Source: an uncultured Actinomycetota bacterium (GTDB lineage: Bacteria; Actinomycetota; Actinomycetes; Mycobacteriales; Mycobacteriaceae). Taken from it: DNA of 64,000 nt. Positions 1 to 11,830 of this stretch are shown piece by piece. Numbering within the stretch: position 1 is the stretch's first letter; each line of letters begins with the position of its first letter. The translations under genes were made by a program, and so were the position numbers. Under the pieces are notes generated by a model. It made no database searches. It was not told the DNA's origin and saw nothing but the letters and a program-made list of their open reading frames with translations. The stretch covers positions 61,437-125,436 of the forward strand of contig CAVUVB010000005.1 of assembly GCA_963744835.1 (NCBI GenBank). Direction: 5' to 3'.

Positions 1-979
1 GAAGTCGTTCAGCGTTCTGCGCAGCGCGGTGACGCCACGGGTGATGCCGCCAACGATCGACCTGGTGCGAGTCAATTCCCGCCTGACCATGTTCGGTCTG
101 CTGGGCGGCACCATCATCGGCGGCGGCATCGCGAGCGCAATCGAATTCGTCTTGACCCACTTGTTCCATTGGCCCGGTGCGTTGTTCGTCATCATTGCGG
201 TGACGGTGGTTGGGGCGTGGCTCTCGATGCGAATACCTCGCTGGGTCGAAGTGACCGAGGGTGAGGTGCCCACCACACTGAGCTATCGCAGCTGGCCCGA
301 GGAGGTCCGCCGGGCAAGCGGTGCGCTCCGACGACCGTTGGGCCGCAACATCATCACATCGTTGTGGGGCAACTGCACCATCAAGGTCATGGTCGGATTC
401 CTGGTCTTGTATCCGGCGTTCGTCGCCAAGGCGCATGACGCCAGTGGATGGGTGCAGATCGGTATACTGGGGCTGATCGGCGCTGCCGCCGCCATCGGCA
501 ACTTCGTTGGCAACTTCACCAGCGCACGGCTGCGGTTGGGCCGGCCCGCCGTGCTGGCGGTGCGCTGCACCACGGCGGTGACCGCGGCAGCGCTGGCGGC
601 AGCGGTGGCCGGCAATCTAATGGCGGCGGCCATCGCCACCTTGATCACGTCAGGGTCAAGCGCGATCGCCAAGGCCGCACTGGACGCGTCGCTGCAGGAC
701 GACTTGCCCGAGGAGTCACGGGCGTCGGCGTTCGGGCGTTCGGAGTCGACGCTGCAGCTGGCCTGGGTCCTCGGCGGCGCGCTGGGCGTGTTGGTCTACA
801 CCAATCTGTGGATCGGCTTCAGCGTCGTCGCGGCATTGCTGATACCGGGTTTGGCGCAGACGGTGCTCAGCTTCCACGGCGACTCGTTAATCCCTGGCCT
901 CGGCGGCAACCGGCCAGTAGTGGTCGAGCAGGAAGGTGGCCCCGGCGGCCACGACGCCGCGGCGGTGTCGTGGGAGTGA
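1..979 (+). CDS. MFS-type membrane protein (Rv0876c-like), 5'-truncated by window edge
   Basis: Frame is open from position 2 (KSFSVLRSAVTPRV...); many hydrophobic TM segments; synteny with the downstream DUF2771 gene. Confidence 0.85.
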   Translation, partial: KSFSVLRSAVTPRVMPPTIDLVRVNSRLTMFGLLGGTIIGGGIASAIEFVLTHLFHWPGALFVIIAVTVVGAWLSMRIPRWVEVTEGEVPTTLSYRSWPEEVRRASGALRRPLGRNIITSLWGNCTIKVMVGFLVLYPAFVAKAHDASGWVQIGILGLIGAAAAIGNFVGNFTSARLRLGRPAVLAVRCTTAVTAAALAAAVAGNLMAAAIATLITSGSSAIAKAALDASLQDDLPEESRASAFGRSESTLQLAWVLGGALGVLVYTNLWIGFSVVAALLIPGLAQTVLSFHGDSLIPGLGGNRPVVVEQEGGPGGHDAAAVSWE

Positions 980-1479
980 AGCCGACAGCGAAGTTCGGTA
1001 TCGCCCCGCTGCTCGCGGTTTTGGTGGTGCTGGCAACAGCGGCGGCAGGGGTCGGCGCCTGGGTGTTGGCCCGCGGTCGCGGTTCGGGGCATCCCGAGAT
1101 CAGCGCCTACTCACACGGCCAACTGACCCGGGTGGGGCCTTACCGGTACTGCAACGTGCTTGACCCCAACGACTGTCAAACCCCGGAGACGCAGGGTGAA
1201 TTGCGGGTGAATTCGCGTGATCCAGTGCAACTTTCGGTGCCGCAAGCGATTGGGCAGGCACCCTGGTGGCTGCTGCGGGTCTATGCGGATTCGGCCAACC
1301 CCACGACGACTTTCTTTCGCCCCGGCAGCCGACTGGCGGTCACCATCCCCACCGTTGACCCACACCAAGGGCGGTTGACCGGAATCGCCGTCCAACTGAT
1401 GACGCTGGTCGTCGACCGAGCCGGCGAACTGCACGGTGTCCCCCATGCGGAATGGTCCGTACGCACGGTGTGGGGCTAG
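976..1479 (+). CDS. DUF2771-family exported protein (Rv0875c-like)
   Basis: GTG at 976 overlaps the upstream TGA (GTGA); N-terminal TM anchor, then PEISAYSHG...VGPYRYCNV...HAEWSV. Confidence 0.8.
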   Translation: MKPTAKFGIAPLLAVLVVLATAAAGVGAWVLARGRGSGHPEISAYSHGQLTRVGPYRYCNVLDPNDCQTPETQGELRVNSRDPVQLSVPQAIGQAPWWLLRVYADSANPTTTFFRPGSRLAVTIPTVDPHQGRLTGIAVQLMTLVVDRAGELHGVPHAEWSVRTVWG

Positions 1480-1493
1480 GACCCCGCACTCCG

Positions 1494-1512
1494 GATCCCC
1501 GTACATCGGGGA
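1494..1512 (+). terminator. Possible hairpin terminator ATCCCCG-TACAT-CGGGGAT
   Basis: 7-bp inverted repeat ~15 nt after the stop codon; no U-tract. Confidence 0.35.
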
Positions 1513-1607
1513 TTAGCGGCGTTGTCAAAGCGCCGCCGTGCAGAAATGATCGGGCCGAGCGAAATAGTGGGCTTGCGCCGGTCTGCGCTGGCACCGTTGT
1601 GGGTTGT

Positions 1608-1681
1608 GCGGGTGTGGCTGAGCGGCTAGGCAGCGGCCTGCAAAGCCGTATACACGGGTTCGAATCCCGTCACTCGCTCCA
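1608..1681 (+). tRNA. tRNA-Cys(GCA), CCA encoded
   Basis: Acceptor stem GCGGGTG/CACTCGC; anticodon arm GCGGC-CTGCAAA-GCCGT (GCA at 1640-1642); T-arm ACGGG-TTCGAAT-CCCGT; U73 discriminator then CCA; 74 nt. Confidence 0.95.
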
Positions 1682-1710
1682 GTGCCGCCCCGCGGGCGTT
1701 CTGAATCCGC

Positions 1711-2715
1711 TCAGGACGGCCCGTGGCCTAGCGGCACGCGCTCACTCTCGAAGGGCGGGCCGGGCGGTGTGCCGTCCCCGAAGGGCTTGCCGCCCAACGC
1801 TTCCCGGCCGTGCTGTGTCAACCAGTTCGCCAGCTGCGGGCCCTTCGGCACGATACGGGTCGGGTTGATGTCGGCGTGCACGATGTAGTAGTGCTGCTTG
1901 ATCTGGACGAAGTCGACGGTATCGCCGAAACCTGGCGTCTGAAACAGGTCGCGCGCGTATGCCCACAGCACCGGCATCTCGGATAGCTTGCTTCGATTGC
2001 ACTTGAAGTGCCCGTGATAGACCGGGTCGAAGCGCGCTAACGTCGTGAACAGCCGGACGTCGGCTTCGGTGATCGTCTCCCCCACCAGGTACCGCTGGCT
2101 TTCCAATCGATCACTCACCCAATCCAGCGCGGTGAACAACCGGTCGTAAGCCGCGTCGTAGGCCTGCTGCGAGCCGGCGAAACCACAACGGTAAACACCG
2201 TTGTTGATTTCGGTGTAGACGCTCTTGTTGACCTCGTCGATCTCCTCACGCAGCGTTTCGGGGTATAGCTGCGGGGCGCCCTCGCGGTGGTAGGCAGCCC
2301 ATTGCGTGGACAGGTCCAATGTCAGCTGCGCGAAATCGTTGGTGACCACAGCGCCCGTCGGCACGTCGACGATCGCGGGGACGGTGATGCCTTTCGGGTA
2401 GTCGGGAAAGCGTGCGAAATAGGCATCCTGCAGCCGGGGGATTTTCAACACCGGGTCGACGCCACCCGGATCGAGATCGAAAGTCCAGCTCCGCTCGTCG
2501 TGGGTGGGCCCGCAAAACCCAATGGAGATAACGCTTTCCAATCCTAGTAAGCGCCGCACGATGATCGCGCGGTTGGCCCATGGGCAGGCGCGAGCAACGA
2601 TGAGCCGGTATCGACCCGGTTCCACCGGATAGCCGTCACGACCGTCGGCGGTGATGCGGGTCTCGATGTAGTTGGTGTCGCGGGTGAACTCGCCGGCCTC
2701 GACGTAAGACGCCAT
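1711..2715 (-). CDS. Glutathionyl-hydroquinone reductase / omega-like GST (YqjG/ECM4 family)
   Basis: ACPWA active site, ITVP, EINNGVYRCGFA, EADVRLFTTLARFDPVY, IKQHYY..H..INPTRIVP motifs. Confidence 0.9.
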   Translation of the reverse strand: MASYVEAGEFTRDTNYIETRITADGRDGYPVEPGRYRLIVARACPWANRAIIVRRLLGLESVISIGFCGPTHDERSWTFDLDPGGVDPVLKIPRLQDAYFARFPDYPKGITVPAIVDVPTGAVVTNDFAQLTLDLSTQWAAYHREGAPQLYPETLREEIDEVNKSVYTEINNGVYRCGFAGSQQAYDAAYDRLFTALDWVSDRLESQRYLVGETITEADVRLFTTLARFDPVYHGHFKCNRSKLSEMPVLWAYARDLFQTPGFGDTVDFVQIKQHYYIVHADINPTRIVPKGPQLANWLTQHGREALGGKPFGDGTPPGPPFESERVPLGHGPS

Positions 2716-2726
2716 GTCTGTGTCGG

Positions 2727-4664
2727 TCAGGAGTCAGCCACGGTCAGGAACCGTCGCGCCAAATTGGGCTCGGTCGATTCACCGGCTTCCCAGTGGGAGA
2801 TCCACGGTCCGGTGCCCTCTGACTGATCGATGATGCCGTCTTCGAGCCAGGTGTAACGACCGCTCAGCACGTTGCGGGCCAGCGCGGCGTCGGTGCTGTC
2901 GGTGTTCGTCCACAAGGCATCAAACAGCGCTTCGACCCGCAGGCTGGCCTGCTGGCAGAACGCTTCGGCCAACTCGTACGCCTGCTCGCCTTGAGCGGCA
3001 TCCGCGGCGCGCAACGACTCGGCGCGAACGCACGCCGCCGACATGGCGAACAGTTCGGCGCCGATGTCGACCACTCGGCCGAGGAAGCCTTGCTTTTGTT
3101 CCAGCGCGGCTTGCCAGCGCGCCATTCCGTAGAAGGTGTTGCGGGCCAGCTTGCGCGCGGAGCGCTCGACAAAGCGCAGATGCTTTGCCAGTTCTCCGAA
3201 CTCTCGATAGGCCGTCGGCCGTTGCCCTTCGCCGAAAGCCAGTTGCGGCAACCACTTCGCGTAAAACCCGCTCGCGCCGACCGCTGCCTTGGCCTTTTGC
3301 CGGACGTCGGCCTTCGGATTCGCGAGATCCCCGGCGGCAGTCAGGTGGGCGTCGACCGCCTCACGGGCGATGAGCAGCCGCATGATCTCGCTGGAGCCCT
3401 CGAATATGCGGTTGATCCTCAGGTCGCGGACCACCTGTTCGACCGGCACCGCCCGTTCCCCGCGCGCTGCGAGCGATTCGGCGGTCTCATAGCCGCGGCC
3501 ACCGCGAATTTGCAACAGTTCGTCGGCGATCACGCAGGCCATCTCGCTTGACCACAGCTTGGCCAGCGCAGCCTCGATCCGAATGTCGTTGCGGCCCTCG
3601 TCGGCCATCTGACCGGAGAGCTCGAGCACCGATTCGAGCGCATAGGTGGTTGCGGCCATAAACGAGAGCTTTTCGGCGACGGCGCCGTGCTCGCCGACGG
3701 GCTTGCCCCACTGCACCCGTTCGCACGACCACTCCCGCGCGATTTTCAGCGACCACTTGGCGGAGCCCGCCGCGTTCGCGGGTATCGAAAGCCGTCCGGC
3801 ATTCAGGGTGGTCAGGGCGATCTTCAGACCGTCACCCTCCTTGCCGATCAGGTTCTCGGCGGGGACCCGGACGCGGTGGAGCCTGGTGACACCGTTTTCT
3901 ATGCCGCGCAATCCCATGAATTTGTTGCGTCGCTCCACGGTGATGCCCGGTGAGTCGGCCTCGACGACGAACGCGCTGATCCCGCCTCGGTGTCCTTCGC
4001 TTTTGGGCACTCGGGCCATCACCACCAGCAGGTCCGCGACCACCCCGTTGGTGGTCCATAGCTTCACGCCGTCGAGTTCGTAAGCCTGTCCGTCATCTAC
4101 GGGAGTCGCCGTCGACGCCAACCGCGCCGGGTCGGAGCCCACATCTGGTTCGGTGAGCAAAAACGCCGATATCGCCCCAGCCGCGCACCGCGGCAAGAAC
4201 TTCCGCTTCTGGTCCGGACTCCCGGCCAGCTTGAGCGGCTCCGGCACCCCGATCGACTGATGCGCCGAAAGTAGCGCGCCGAGACTGGGATGCACGGTCC
4301 CGACCATCGCCAGCGCACGGTTGTAGGCAACTTGTGACATGTTCAGCCCGCCGTACTCCGACGGGATCTTCATGCCGAAGCAACCCAGGTCGGCGAGGCC
4401 TTTGACGTATTCGTCGGGGATCTGTTCGTCGCGTTCGATGACGCTGCCGTCGATGGTGTCGAGAAATTCGCGCAGCTGGGCCAGGAACGCCTCGGTGCGG
4501 GCGGCCTCCTCGTCAGAGGGCTTGGGAAAGGGGTGAATGAGCTCGAGCGGAAAGCGGCCGAGAAAAAGCTCCTTGGCCAAGGACGGTTTGTCCCAACCAC
4601 TTTCGCGAGATTCCTCGGCTACGGCTCTCGCTTGCTCCTCGCTGACCTGTGCCTGCTGCGCCAT
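2727..4664 (-). CDS. fadE10: Acyl-CoA dehydrogenase FadE10
   Basis: FLLTEPDVGSD, GVKLWTTNG, RGGRGY, RIFEGSSEI motifs; 645 aa; synteny with cspB. Confidence 0.88.
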   Translation of the reverse strand: MAQQAQVSEEQARAVAEESRESGWDKPSLAKELFLGRFPLELIHPFPKPSDEEAARTEAFLAQLREFLDTIDGSVIERDEQIPDEYVKGLADLGCFGMKIPSEYGGLNMSQVAYNRALAMVGTVHPSLGALLSAHQSIGVPEPLKLAGSPDQKRKFLPRCAAGAISAFLLTEPDVGSDPARLASTATPVDDGQAYELDGVKLWTTNGVVADLLVVMARVPKSEGHRGGISAFVVEADSPGITVERRNKFMGLRGIENGVTRLHRVRVPAENLIGKEGDGLKIALTTLNAGRLSIPANAAGSAKWSLKIAREWSCERVQWGKPVGEHGAVAEKLSFMAATTYALESVLELSGQMADEGRNDIRIEAALAKLWSSEMACVIADELLQIRGGRGYETAESLAARGERAVPVEQVVRDLRINRIFEGSSEIMRLLIAREAVDAHLTAAGDLANPKADVRQKAKAAVGASGFYAKWLPQLAFGEGQRPTAYREFGELAKHLRFVERSARKLARNTFYGMARWQAALEQKQGFLGRVVDIGAELFAMSAACVRAESLRAADAAQGEQAYELAEAFCQQASLRVEALFDALWTNTDSTDAALARNVLSGRYTWLEDGIIDQSEGTGPWISHWEAGESTEPNLARRFLTVADS

Positions 4665-4799
4665 CGGACTCCCTCACTCGAACCGACTCCTGCGGAGATT
4701 CGGTTCCAGTGTTCCCCGGAGCGCGTGCTGGTGCACGCGTTTGTGCAATTAGCGCACACTCTCCGGTGCGCCGACAGCGGCGGGCAGGTCAAATGCGAA

Positions 4800-5207
4800 T
4801 TAGGCGTCCAGTTCCCGGGCCACGGCCTTGACCACCTCGGAGACTCTGCGGGCGGTTTTGCGGTCCGGATAGCGGCCCTTACGCAACTCGGGCTGCACCG
4901 TGCTCTCCAGCAAGGTGATCATGTCCTCGACCATGCCGTGCAGTTCATCTGGACTGTGCTTGTGCTCGGCAGGGCCCTCGCGGCGGGGGCGCGACAAGGT
5001 GGGTGGCGGGTCAAGCAGTTTGAGACTCAGTGCCTGCGGTCCGCGGCGTCCAGAGGCAACCCCGAATTCGACGCGCTGGCCCGCCTTGAGGCCTTCGACG
5101 CCCGCCGGCAACGCCGAGGACCGGACGTAGACGTCCTCGCCCTCCTCCTGGGATAAGAAACCGAATCCCTTCTCAGCGTCGTACCACTTCACCTTGCCAG
5201 TCGGCAC
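4800..5207 (-). CDS. cspB: Cold-shock protein CspB (135 aa, C-terminal extension)
   Basis: [18 protein letters not shown] cold-shock domain; GTG start at 5207. Confidence 0.92.
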   Translation of the reverse strand: MPTGKVKWYDAEKGFGFLSQEEGEDVYVRSSALPAGVEGLKAGQRVEFGVASGRRGPQALSLKLLDPPPTLSRPRREGPAEHKHSPDELHGMVEDMITLLESTVQPELRKGRYPDRKTARRVSEVVKAVARELDA

Positions 5208-5361
5208 CGGTCTCACCTGCTTGTCTAACGGATTACTACCTTGGGCCACACAATGAAGCGTCCCGCCTGCGCAGGACGCGATGACTGCCGATCCTACTCG
5301 GAACGCTCGCGGCCGAGCATCGGAGTTTCTCGGTACGCTGGCACTATCGCTGGAGGAGACA

Positions 5362-5775
5362 ATGCGCCTGATCCTGAACGTTATCTGGTTGATTTTCGGC
5401 GGGCTCTGGCTGGCCCTCGGCTATCTGGCGGCTGCGCTGATCTGCTTCCTGCTCATCGTCACCATCCCCTTCGGGTTCGCTGCGTGGCGCATCGCATTTT
5501 ATGCGCTGTGGCCGTTCGGGCGGACGATCATCGAGAAGCCGGGCGCCGGCACCGGATCGCTCATCGGCAATGTCATCTGGGTGGTGTTCTTCGGGATCTG
5601 GCTTGCGATCGGGCACCTGGTGAGCGCGGTCGCGATGGCAGTGACGATCATCGGTATTCCACTCGCGCTGGCCAATCTCAAGCTGATCCCGGTGTCGCTG
5701 ATGCCGCTGGGCAAAGAAATCGTTCCGGTCGGTAGCCGACCGGACTCGGTTAGAGCCGGATCATCCCGGGTATGA
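5362..5775 (+). CDS. YccF-domain membrane protein (Rv0870c-like)
   Basis: [14 protein letters not shown]...[14 protein letters not shown] duplicated YccF motif; RBS GGAGGA at 5352-5357. Confidence 0.9.
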   Translation: MRLILNVIWLIFGGLWLALGYLAAALICFLLIVTIPFGFAAWRIAFYALWPFGRTIIEKPGAGTGSLIGNVIWVVFFGIWLAIGHLVSAVAMAVTIIGIPLALANLKLIPVSLMPLGKEIVPVGSRPDSVRAGSSRV

Positions 5776-5850
5776 GAGTTTCTGAGGGCTTGGCGCCATC
5801 GATTTGATAAGACAACCGCCGTGTTAGCGCGCTCACCGGCGGCCGTTTGA

Positions 5851-5866
5851 TGTGAGTTCGGTCACA
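5851..5866. promoter_or_regulatory. CRP (cAMP receptor protein) binding site upstream of rpfA
   Basis: TGTGA-GTTCGG-TCACA is a perfect TGTGA-N6-TCACA; mycobacterial rpfA is a known CRP target. Overlapping GTCACA.../ATCACAGC repeats (5861-5884) resemble MtrA boxes. Confidence 0.85.
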
Positions 5867-6064
5867 TAACGGATTGATCACAGCATGGCAACGGCCGAAT
5901 TGCGGCCGTTTTGACCTGCGTCGACACCGAGCTCTCCTGGCGTTTTTCGCATCGACGGCAGACGAAACGCTGGATTCGCCAAAAAATGACGCCGCCGCGA
6001 TCACGCGCTAGCGTCGTGCGCGGGCTTGCCGAGTCTTCCTGAGCGACGGGCCTTCTCGCCTATA

Positions 6065-7548
<1,484 letters not shown>

Positions 7549-7572
7549 TCGCCGCAGCCAGACATTGGCCGA

Positions 7573-7791
7573 CTAGCGGTTGACCTCCGTCACGGGGTGT
7601 ACGTAGGGCAGCTCGTCGGCAGCCAGCGGGAAGATCACGTCACCGTAGGGGGACAGCGCGCCCACCCGATCGGTTGCCAGTTCGCTCACCGCGTGGTCGT
7701 CCGGGTTGGTTGTGGGCCAGCCCCTGTCGACGTAGCGGGTCTTCTCGGTCTTCTGCGCCTTTTTGCCAGCGTTGTCAGCCACGTGATTCAT
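7573..7791 (-). CDS. Conserved hypothetical protein (Rv0863-like)
   Basis: RYVDRGWP...[19 protein letters not shown]; synteny; start could instead be the GTG at 7782. Confidence 0.7.
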   Translation of the reverse strand: MNHVADNAGKKAQKTEKTRYVDRGWPTTNPDDHAVSELATDRVGALSPYGDVIFPLAADELPYVHPVTEVNR

Positions 7792-7904
7792 TCTGACAGG
7801 TCCCGAGCAACGTTGCCGGTTCGGCTCTCCCATCCGCGTCAGCGTTAGCTGCTCGCCATCACCTGGACGGGCGCACTGGGCCAGCTGCTTTACGCTGGTC
7901 AGCA

Positions 7905-10169
7905 ATGACCGAACACACCCCGGGTGTCCCGCTGGGGTCCTGGCTGGCCGACTTGCCCGACGAGCGGCTCATCCGCTTACTGGAGTTGCGGCCCGACCTT
8001 GCCCAGCCCCCACCCGGCAGCATCGCCGCGCTTGCCGCCCGCGCCCAGGCCCGTCAGTCAGTCACGGCTGCCACCGACGAACTGGACTTTATGCGGCTGG
8101 CAATGATCGACGCGCTGCTGGTATTGCACGCCGATACGGCGCCGGTGCCGCTTGCCAAATTGCTCGCGCTGATCGGGGATCGCGCGCCTGAACCCGACGT
8201 GCTCGATGCGCTCGACGATCTCAAAGTTCGCGCACTCATCTGGGGTGACACCGAGTTGCGGGTGGCCGCCGATGCCGCTGCCGGACTGCCGTGGCACCAG
8301 GGCCAGGTGACCCTCGAAGACGCCTCCGGAAGCGCAGAGCAGATCGCGGAACTGATCGACTCCCTTGATGAGCCACAGCGGGAGCTGCTGGACAGGCTGC
8401 TGGAAGGCTCGCCGCTGGGGCGCACCCGCGACGCCGCACCCGGCGCTCCCGTGGATCGTCCGGTGCCACAACTGCTCGCCAGGGGATTACTGCGACGCAT
8501 TGATGCCGATACGGTGATCCTGCCGCGCCATGTCGGGCAGGTGTTGCGCGGCGAGGAGCCCGGTCCGGCGCAGCTGGCGGCGCCGGATCCGGTAGTCGCG
8601 ACCACCACGTCAGCCGACGCCGACGCAGCGGCTGCCGGCTCAGCCATCGACCTGCTGCGCGACCTCGACGTGTTACTTGAAACGCTGGGTGCCGCGCCGA
8701 TTTCCGAGCTGCGAAGCGGCGGCTTGGGGGTGCGAGAAGTCAGGCGGCTGGCAAAGGTAACCGGCATCGACGAGGCCCGACTGGGTTTGATTCTCGAGCT
8801 GGCCGCCGCCGCAGGACTGATCGCCAGCGGAATCCCCGATCCCCACCCCGCCAGCGGCGAGGCGCCCTACTGGGCGCCGACGGTGGCCGCCGACCGGTTC
8901 ACCGAGGCGTCCCCCGCCGACCGCTGGCATCTGCTGGCCAACACCTGGCTTGACCTACCGGCCCGACCGGCTTTGATCGGGACCCGCGGTCCCGACGCCA
9001 AACCATATGCCGCGCTGTCGGATTCGCTGTACTCAACCGCGGCCCCGCTGGACCGCCGGCTGCTACTGAGCATCTTGGCGGAATTGCCGGCTGGCGCTGG
9101 CGTGGACAAGAGCACAGCCTCGGCAGCGCTGATCTGGCGGCGGCCGCGATGGTCCAAGCGGCTACAACCAGCGCCCGTCGCCAAGCTGCTGGAGGAGGCA
9201 CACCAGCTGGGCCTCGTCGGCCGCGGCGCCATCAGCACGCCCGGCCGCGCTTTGGTTGACAACGGCTCGAATGATGTCGAGGCCAGAGAGGCCAGAGCCG
9301 TCGACACGATGGCAGCTGTCCTACCCGCGCCGATCGATTACTTCCTGGTGCAGGCCGATTTGACCGTCGTGGTTCCCGGGCCGCTCGAACGTCAACTGGC
9401 GGACGAACTGGCGGCGGTGGCCATCGTCGAGTCGGCGGGCGCGGCGATGGTATACCGCGTCAGCGAACAGTCGATCCGGCATGCCCTGGATATCGGGAAA
9501 ACCGCCGACGCATTGCACTCACTGTTCGAAAAGCACTCCAAAACGCCTGTACCGCAAGGGCTCACCTACCTGATCGACGACGTCGCACGCCGGCACGGGC
9601 AACTGCGGATCGGTATAGCCGCGTCGTTCGTCCGGTGCGAAGACCCGACGCTGCTCGCCCAGGCAGTGGCGGCCGCGGAACACCTGGGTCTGCGTGTGCT
9701 GGCGCCGACGGTCGCGGTATCCCAGGCGCCGATCAGCGAAGTGCTCGCGGCCTTGCGAGATGCCGGTTTCGCCCCGGCCGCTGAGGACTCCACCGGCACC
9801 ATTGTCGACATCCAGGCCCGCGGGGCGCGAGTGCCCACACCTCAGCGCCGCCGGCCGCACCGGTCGATACCCCAGCCGAGCAGTGAGACGCTGAGCGCCA
9901 TTATCGCGGTGCTACGCAAAGTGACCACAGCACCGTTCGGCAGCGTCCGGGTCGACCCCGCCGTCGCCATGTCACTGCTGCAGCGAGCCGCCCACCAGCA
10001 GGAGGCAGTTCTTATTGGTTACGTCGATGCAGCTGGCGTGGCGACCCAGCGCGTGGTGTCACCAATCGCAGTATCCGGCGGTCAGCTGGTGGCGTTCGAT
10101 TCCGGGTCGGGGCGCGCGCGTGAGTTCGCTATCCACCGCATCACCTCGGTGGTGTCGGCCGACGACTGA
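7905..10169 (+). CDS. Helicase-associated-domain protein with C-terminal WYL-like domain (Rv0862c-like)
   Basis: [14 protein letters not shown]-terminus; [14 protein letters not shown]...[18 protein letters not shown] domain; IGYVDAAG...R.F.IHRITSV WYL-like tail. Confidence 0.85.
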   Translation: MTEHTPGVPLGSWLADLPDERLIRLLELRPDLAQPPPGSIAALAARAQARQSVTAATDELDFMRLAMIDALLVLHADTAPVPLAKLLALIGDRAPEPDVLDALDDLKVRALIWGDTELRVAADAAAGLPWHQGQVTLEDASGSAEQIAELIDSLDEPQRELLDRLLEGSPLGRTRDAAPGAPVDRPVPQLLARGLLRRIDADTVILPRHVGQVLRGEEPGPAQLAAPDPVVATTTSADADAAAAGSAIDLLRDLDVLLETLGAAPISELRSGGLGVREVRRLAKVTGIDEARLGLILELAAAAGLIASGIPDPHPASGEAPYWAPTVAADRFTEASPADRWHLLANTWLDLPARPALIGTRGPDAKPYAALSDSLYSTAAPLDRRLLLSILAELPAGAGVDKSTASAALIWRRPRWSKRLQPAPVAKLLEEAHQLGLVGRGAISTPGRALVDNGSNDVEAREARAVDTMAAVLPAPIDYFLVQADLTVVVPGPLERQLADELAAVAIVESAGAAMVYRVSEQSIRHALDIGKTADALHSLFEKHSKTPVPQGLTYLIDDVARRHGQLRIGIAASFVRCEDPTLLAQAVAAAEHLGLRVLAPTVAVSQAPISEVLAALRDAGFAPAAEDSTGTIVDIQARGARVPTPQRRRPHRSIPQPSSETLSAIIAVLRKVTTAPFGSVRVDPAVAMSLLQRAAHQQEAVLIGYVDAAGVATQRVVSPIAVSGGQLVAFDSGSGRAREFAIHRITSVVSADD

Positions 10170-10180
10170 ATAATGAACTT

Positions 10181-11830
10181 ATGACCGACGGCCCATTAAT
10201 CGTGCAGTCCGACAAGACGGTGCTGCTTGAAGTTGACCATGAGCTGGCCGGTTCGGCCCGCGCGGCGATCGCGCCATTTGCCGAGCTGGAGCGCGCACCC
10301 GAGCATGTGCACACCTATCGCATCACCCCATTGGCGCTGTGGAATGCCCGCGCCGCGGGCCACGATGCCGAGCAGGTGGTCGACGCGCTGGTCAGCTACT
10401 CCCGCTACGCGGTTCCGCAGCCACTGCTTGTCGACATCGTCGACACCATGGCCCGCTATGGGCGGCTGCAGCTGGTCAAGCACCCTGCTCACGGCCTGAC
10501 CCTGGTCAGCCTGGACCGCGCGGTGCTCGAGGAAGTGTTGCGCCACAAGAAGATCGCACCGATGTTGGGCGCGCGGATCGACGACGACACCGTCGTCGTG
10601 CACCCCAGCGAGCGGGGCCGGATCAAACAAATGCTGCTGAAGATCGGCTGGCCTGCTGAGGATCTGGCCGGATACGTCGACGGCGAGGCACATCCGATCA
10701 GCTTGCGGCAGGACGACTGGCATCTGCGCGACTACCAGGAGATGGCCACCGAGTCGTTCTGGGCGGGCGGCTCGGGTGTGGTAGTGCTGCCGTGCGGGGC
10801 GGGCAAGACACTTGTCGGCGCTGCGGCCATGGCGAAAGCCAGTGCAACGACGCTGATTCTGGTCACCAACACCGTTGCCGGCCGACAGTGGAAGCGCGAA
10901 CTGATCGCCCGCACCTCACTGACCGACGAAGAGATCGGCGAGTACTCCGGGGAACGCAAGGAAATTCGGCCGGTCACGATCGCCACCTATCAAGTGATCA
11001 CCCGTCGCACCAAGGGCGAATACCGCCACCTGGAGCTCTTCGACAGCCGCGACTGGGGATTAATCATCTATGACGAGGTGCACCTGTTGCCGGCGCCGGT
11101 GTTCCGGATGACCGCTGATCTGCAGTCGCGCCGACGGCTGGGGTTGACGGCGACGCTGATCCGCGAGGACGGCCGGGAGGGCGACGTGTTCTCGTTGATC
11201 GGCCCGAAACGCTATGATGCGCCTTGGAAAGATATTGAGGCACAAGGCTGGATCGCTCCGGCCGAGTGCGTTGAGGTGCGGGTCACACTCACCGACAGCG
11301 AACGGATGATGTACGCCACCGCCGAGGCCGACGAGCGCTATCGGGTCTGCTCGACAGCCCACTCGAAGATCGCGGTGGTCAAGTCGATCCTCAGCCGCCA
11401 CCCCGGCGAGCAGACCCTGGTGATTGGCGCCTACCTGGATCAGCTCGACGAGCTCGGAACCGTGCTGGACGCTCCGGTGATTCAGGGTTCCACCAAGACC
11501 GCTGAGCGCGAGGCATTATTCGATGCGTTCCGCCGCGGTGAGGTCAACACGTTGGTGGTGTCCAAAGTCGCGAACTTCTCCATCGATTTGCCGGAAGCCG
11601 CGGTGGCGGTGCAGGTTTCGGGTACGTTTGGCTCGCGTCAAGAGGAGGCCCAGCGGCTGGGCCGGTTGCTGCGACCCAAGGCCGATGGCGGTGGCGCGGT
11701 GTTTTATTCAGTGGTGGCCCGCGACAGCCAAGATGCCGAGTACGCCGCACACCGACAACGGTTTCTCGCCGAGCAGGGCTACGGCTACGTCATCCGTGAC
11801 GCGGACGATCTGCTCGGACCGGCAATTTAG
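10181..11830 (+). CDS. ercc3: XPB/ERCC3-family DNA repair helicase
   Basis: LPCGAGKT Walker A, DEVH, GLTATLIRED, SRQEEAQRLGRLLR motifs. Confidence 0.95.
   Translation: MTDGPLIVQSDKTVLLEVDHELAGSARAAIAPFAELERAPEHVHTYRITPLALWNARAAGHDAEQVVDALVSYSRYAVPQPLLVDIVDTMARYGRLQLVKHPAHGLTLVSLDRAVLEEVLRHKKIAPMLGARIDDDTVVVHPSERGRIKQMLLKIGWPAEDLAGYVDGEAHPISLRQDDWHLRDYQEMATESFWAGGSGVVVLPCGAGKTLVGAAAMAKASATTLILVTNTVAGRQWKRELIARTSLTDEEIGEYSGERKEIRPVTIATYQVITRRTKGEYRHLELFDSRDWGLIIYDEVHLLPAPVFRMTADLQSRRRLGLTATLIREDGREGDVFSLIGPKRYDAPWKDIEAQGWIAPAECVEVRVTLTDSERMMYATAEADERYRVCSTAHSKIAVVKSILSRHPGEQTLVIGAYLDQLDELGTVLDAPVIQGSTKTAEREALFDAFRRGEVNTLVVSKVANFSIDLPEAAVAVQVSGTFGSRQEEAQRLGRLLRPKADGGGAVFYSVVARDSQDAEYAAHRQRFLAEQGYGYVIRDADDLLGPAI

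Noticed and set aside
1608-2715. tRNA-anchored integrative element
   Set aside because: No integrase and no duplicated tRNA 3' end seen in the window
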